In this document: piece by piece, positions 60,801-64,000 of the stretch
Position numbering within the stretch: the stretch's first letter is position 1
Layout of the letters: each line of letters opens with the position of its first letter
NCBI GenBank assembly: GCA_050949565.1
Contig: JBMNFY010000008.1
Span: forward strand, 128,001 to 192,000
DNA: 64,000 nucleotides
DNA from: Kiritimatiellia bacterium
GTDB taxonomy: Bacteria; Verrucomicrobiota; Kiritimatiellia; RFP12; UBA1067
Direction: 5' to 3'
Made by a program: the position numbers and the translations under genes
Notes under the pieces: model-generated
What the model saw: the letters and a program-made list of their open reading frames with translations, nothing else
What the model was told of the DNA's origin: nothing
Database searches by the model: none

Positions 60801-61767
60801 GAAAACAGGGAACGCGGAGATGGTCGCGTATTTCGCAAACTTGTTTACCGTAGACCGGGCTAAGGCCGACAAATTGATCGCAGAACACGGTAAGGCCGCA
60901 CTCCTGCATCTGGGCGGAATACTGGACGAAAACGCATCGGGTGCCCTCGTCCTCGACACGGTTAAGTATCTCGTTGAAAAAGGAGCCGACGTCAATGCGA
61001 AGAACAACGACGGAGGAGGAACGCCGCTGTTCTATGCGGCATTCAACAAGAACGTCGATGTTATCCAATACCTCGTTTCCCAAGGGGCCGATATCCATGC
61101 GAAGGCCGACGACGGACGGACCCCGCTCCATGCGGCGGCGTATAACAAGGATGTCGAAGTCGCCCGGTTCCTTGTCTCACACGGAGCGGATATCCATGCG
61201 AAGTGCAAATGGGGCGTCACCCCGCTCATTTCCGCCGCCGGGAATTGGGACAATTTGGACGTTGTGAAGTTCCTTATTGAGCAAGGTGCTGACATCCACG
61301 CGGAAAGCACGTTAGGCAGAACGCCGCTCCATGAGGCGTGTACGGTTGAAACCGCCGCTTTCCTGGTTTCCAAAGGAGCCGACGTTACCGCGAAAGCCAA
61401 GCACGGAACGACGCCGCTCCATACGGCGCGAACCCTCTCAGTCGCGCAATACTTTGTCTCCTTGGGTGCAGACGTGCGGGCCAAGAACGATAGCGGCTAT
61501 ACCCCGCTCCACCTGGGAGGCGCCCATGACCTTGAACTTGCCAAATACTACGTTTCCTTGGGGGCGGATGTGAACGCGAAAGACAACAGAGGCCAAACCC
61601 CGCTCCACAACGCGGCGTTCGTGAACCATGACGCCGAAATCGTCAAATATCTTGTGTCGGCCGGGGCTGATGCCCATGCGAAAGACGAAGAGGGAAACAC
61701 GCCGCTTGACATCGCGAAGTTACGCGGAAGTCCGGCTGCTGTAAAGATTCTCTCAAATCTCAAATAA
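57863..61767 (+). CDS. Large secreted ankyrin-repeat protein (~30 repeats); signal-peptide segment separated by a 1-nt frameshift at ~58033-58035
   Basis: Repeated G.TPLH.AA...LV..GADVNAKD units in 58084-61767; upstream frame 57863-58035 encodes a signal peptide and joins if GCAAACAT is read as GCAAAACAT. Confidence 0.88.
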
Positions 61768-61902
61768 TGGGCTTATTAGTGCCTTACGGCTCAACAAGCA
61801 CGATAAAAAACAAGTTGTTCCCTCACACGAAGGCACAAAGGGCACTAAAGTTTTTGGGGGTAGCGCACTCCCAGACAAACTCATGCACTAACGGACTCTC
61901 CT

Positions 61903-63999
61903 TTATTCGCCCTCCGCATTCTCAACGACCACACGGAAGAAGCCGCAGGGTGCATCCGCCGGGTACGGCACGACGGCCGTGGTCACGGTGAGTCCGGTCG
62001 CGCCTTCAATCGCGGTCCACTGCGGATGGGTCAGGCTACGCGTGAACTCGACACGTACCGGGCGTTCACTGGGCGTCCACGAGAGCGTGACCAGATTGTT
62101 GGCGCCCATCTGTATGCTGGTGACCGTGACCGGCGCAGGCGGCTCTGGCAGCTCCGGCGTCTGCAACTCGCCGTATACGAACGCGGCGGTCGACCACGGC
62201 GACGGCTCACTCCAAATGTCCAGAGCGCATACGCGCCAGTAGTAACGCGCGTTCAACACCAGCGCATCATAACCGGGCAACGTTTTCATCTGCGCCAGAA
62301 GCGTACTGGGTTGCGGCGCGATTACCGCCGTCACCAAAATGTTGGTGAAGGTCTCGTCTGATGCAATCTGAAGTTGATAGCCGGTGATGGCGTCTCCAGG
62401 GTCGCTGTCTTCGCTGGCGAACCAGATGAAATAGCCGTTGGCATCGGGCATCGTGGCACCAGCGTAGGGCGAGATGATCTCCGGCGCTGTCGGCGCATGG
62501 TTGACAAGGTTCACGACGAACGTGGCCGTCGCGCTCCACGGGCCGATGTTCTCGTTGTTGTCCGTGGCACGGCAGCGCCACCAGACCTGCGCACCGTCGG
62601 GAAGGTCAGCGTCGATCTGCCAAGAGGTCGTCCCAGTGCCGCCGGCGATGGCCGGCGTCTGCGCCACAAGCGCTTCGGCACTCATCACGGCGTTGGTGTA
62701 GACCTCGAAGCGGTAGGTCAACAGGTCGCTCTGGTTGTCCACGGCGTTCTCGACAACGAGTGCCGGGCGCAACATCGTGACGGTCGCGCCATCGGCTGGC
62801 GTGAGCGGGACGGGCGCACCGGGTGCCGCACCGCCGATGCCGAATGCGTCGATGTAGAACTGGCTGTCGAGATCGTAACGATGCGCATAACTCGACACAG
62901 CGATCCGGACACCTGCGGTACGGTAGTCAGCCGGCACGGCATACTGGAAGCGGCCCCAGGTATCGGCGACATTGAGAGCACCGGAGAGGTCGTGCCAGTT
63001 GACGCCGCCGTCCTTTGAGAGTCTGACGTTGAGATGTCCATAGTTATTGTAGCCGCGCCAGCCACGGGCGTAGAGCGTGACCATGGCGTCATCCATGCCG
63101 CTGAGATCGAGTTCGCCGCCGTAGACCAGCCACGAGTCGGTGTAACCCTGGACCGTGCTATGGACGTGGTCGAGGACGCAAGCACCGCCTTCGTAGGGCG
63201 TGACGGCGGAGACAGCCCAACCGCCGTTGATCCAAGTATCCAGGCCGTTTTCAAAGCGTTCGTGCAAGGAGGATGCAACCGGAAGCGGCGTGTGTTCGCG
63301 TATGGCGACGTTGTCGATGGCCCAGCCGTCATCGGTCACACTCCCGTCCGTGCCTAAGCGGAAGCGGATGTAGACGGTGTGGCGTCCCTTCCAGCGCGAG
63401 AGGTCGATCTGCTGCTCGCACCAATCGGCGCGGGTGCCGCGGGTGCTGTAGACGGTGAACCATTCGACCGAACCGACGTTGTTGTTGTCGGCCGCGCCGA
63501 TCTGAACATAGGCGTTGTCGCCCGTGGGCGGTAGGGCGTGGCGATCCGTGAAGACGAGTACGGGCCATGTCGCCGCGCTCAAGTCCGCAGCGGTCTGCGC
63601 CCATGTGTCACTGTAGTTAGCGTAGTCGCCGGGCGAATCGGTCAGCGCGGGGGTGCCGTTCACACCTGCGCCGTCCTGAATGCCCCATGTGCCGGAGAAG
63701 GTCCACGCAGGATCCACGCCGGAACCGAAGTCGTCCGTCCATCCGAGCGGAACGCCCAGTGTCTGCGCGGAGGCCTCGTTGGAAGGCGTACCGGTGTCGG
63801 ATGTGTTGTATACATAGACCTTGTAGAAGTAGCGTATGCGCGCCGAAAGCGCGGTATCGGTAAAGTTGGTCACGTCGGGATCGGTGATGGTCGCGACAAG
63901 CGTATGCGTTTCGTCGACATTCTGCGCGGTGTGGCGGAAGACCTTGTAACACTGGAAGTCGCCACCTGCGTAGGGCGACCAGGCGAGCGACAGACCGCT
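61903..63999 (-). CDS. C-terminal part of a large extracellular multidomain protein (FN3-like and beta-sandwich domains); 5' end outside the window
   Basis: Frame open to the window edge (SGLSLAWSPY...YKVFR...FTDT...YKVY FN3 pattern); GWAIDNV, YYWRV motifs; C-terminal LSW..VEF..SL..W..FFRV domain. Confidence 0.85.
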   Translation of the reverse strand, partial: SGLSLAWSPYAGGDFQCYKVFRHTAQNVDETHTLVATITDPDVTNFTDTALSARIRYFYKVYVYNTSDTGTPSNEASAQTLGVPLGWTDDFGSGVDPAWTFSGTWGIQDGAGVNGTPALTDSPGDYANYSDTWAQTAADLSAATWPVLVFTDRHALPPTGDNAYVQIGAADNNNVGSVEWFTVYSTRGTRADWCEQQIDLSRWKGRHTVYIRFRLGTDGSVTDDGWAIDNVAIREHTPLPVASSLHERFENGLDTWINGGWAVSAVTPYEGGACVLDHVHSTVQGYTDSWLVYGGELDLSGMDDAMVTLYARGWRGYNNYGHLNVRLSKDGGVNWHDLSGALNVADTWGRFQYAVPADYRTAGVRIAVSSYAHRYDLDSQFYIDAFGIGGAAPGAPVPLTPADGATVTMLRPALVVENAVDNQSDLLTYRFEVYTNAVMSAEALVAQTPAIAGGTGTTSWQIDADLPDGAQVWWRCRATDNNENIGPWSATATFVVNLVNHAPTAPEIISPYAGATMPDANGYFIWFASEDSDPGDAITGYQLQIASDETFTNILVTAVIAPQPSTLLAQMKTLPGYDALVLNARYYWRVCALDIWSEPSPWSTAAFVYGELQTPELPEPPAPVTVTSIQMGANNLVTLSWTPSERPVRVEFTRSLTHPQWTAIEGATGLTVTTAVVPYPADAPCGFFRVVVENAEGE

Positions 64000-64000
64000 G

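Noticed and set aside
58084-61767. Diversity-generating retroelement template/variable repeat pair among the ankyrin repeats
   Set aside because: No reverse transcriptase in the window, and differences between repeats are not adenine-specific.

Overview
High-GC bacterial chromosomal segment. The gene repertoire (Tat-exported Gfo/Idh/MocA and FAD oxidoreductases, MoxR/DUF58/BatA operon, secreted proteins with PVC-type C-terminal tails, dense palindromic and heptamer intergenic repeats) suggests a PVC-superphylum organism such as Kiritimatiellota or Lentisphaerota; this is inference. About 40 genes are supported: housekeeping (nth, rnc, rlmN, recD2, ychF, murI, glgP, ppdK, kduI, lpxL-like), an amino-sugar catabolic cluster, secreted enzymes, and a ~30-repeat ankyrin protein. 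No rRNA, tRNA or CRISPR was seen. The main observations are: (1) a 1457-bp DDE insertion sequence (13837-15293) with two nested IR pairs, inserted with a 4-bp GGGT duplication at the apex of a dispersed palindromic repeat; (2) an orphan ~160-nt structured sRNA (42248-42406) with its own sigma70 promoter and terminator and C-rich, anti-Shine-Dalgarno-like loops; (3) an EcoRI-family methyltransferase plus DUF262-HNH nuclease cassette preceded by a multi-stem leader ending in a U-tract; (4) modular intergenic repeat arrays; (5) two single-base frameshifts that may be sequencing errors.
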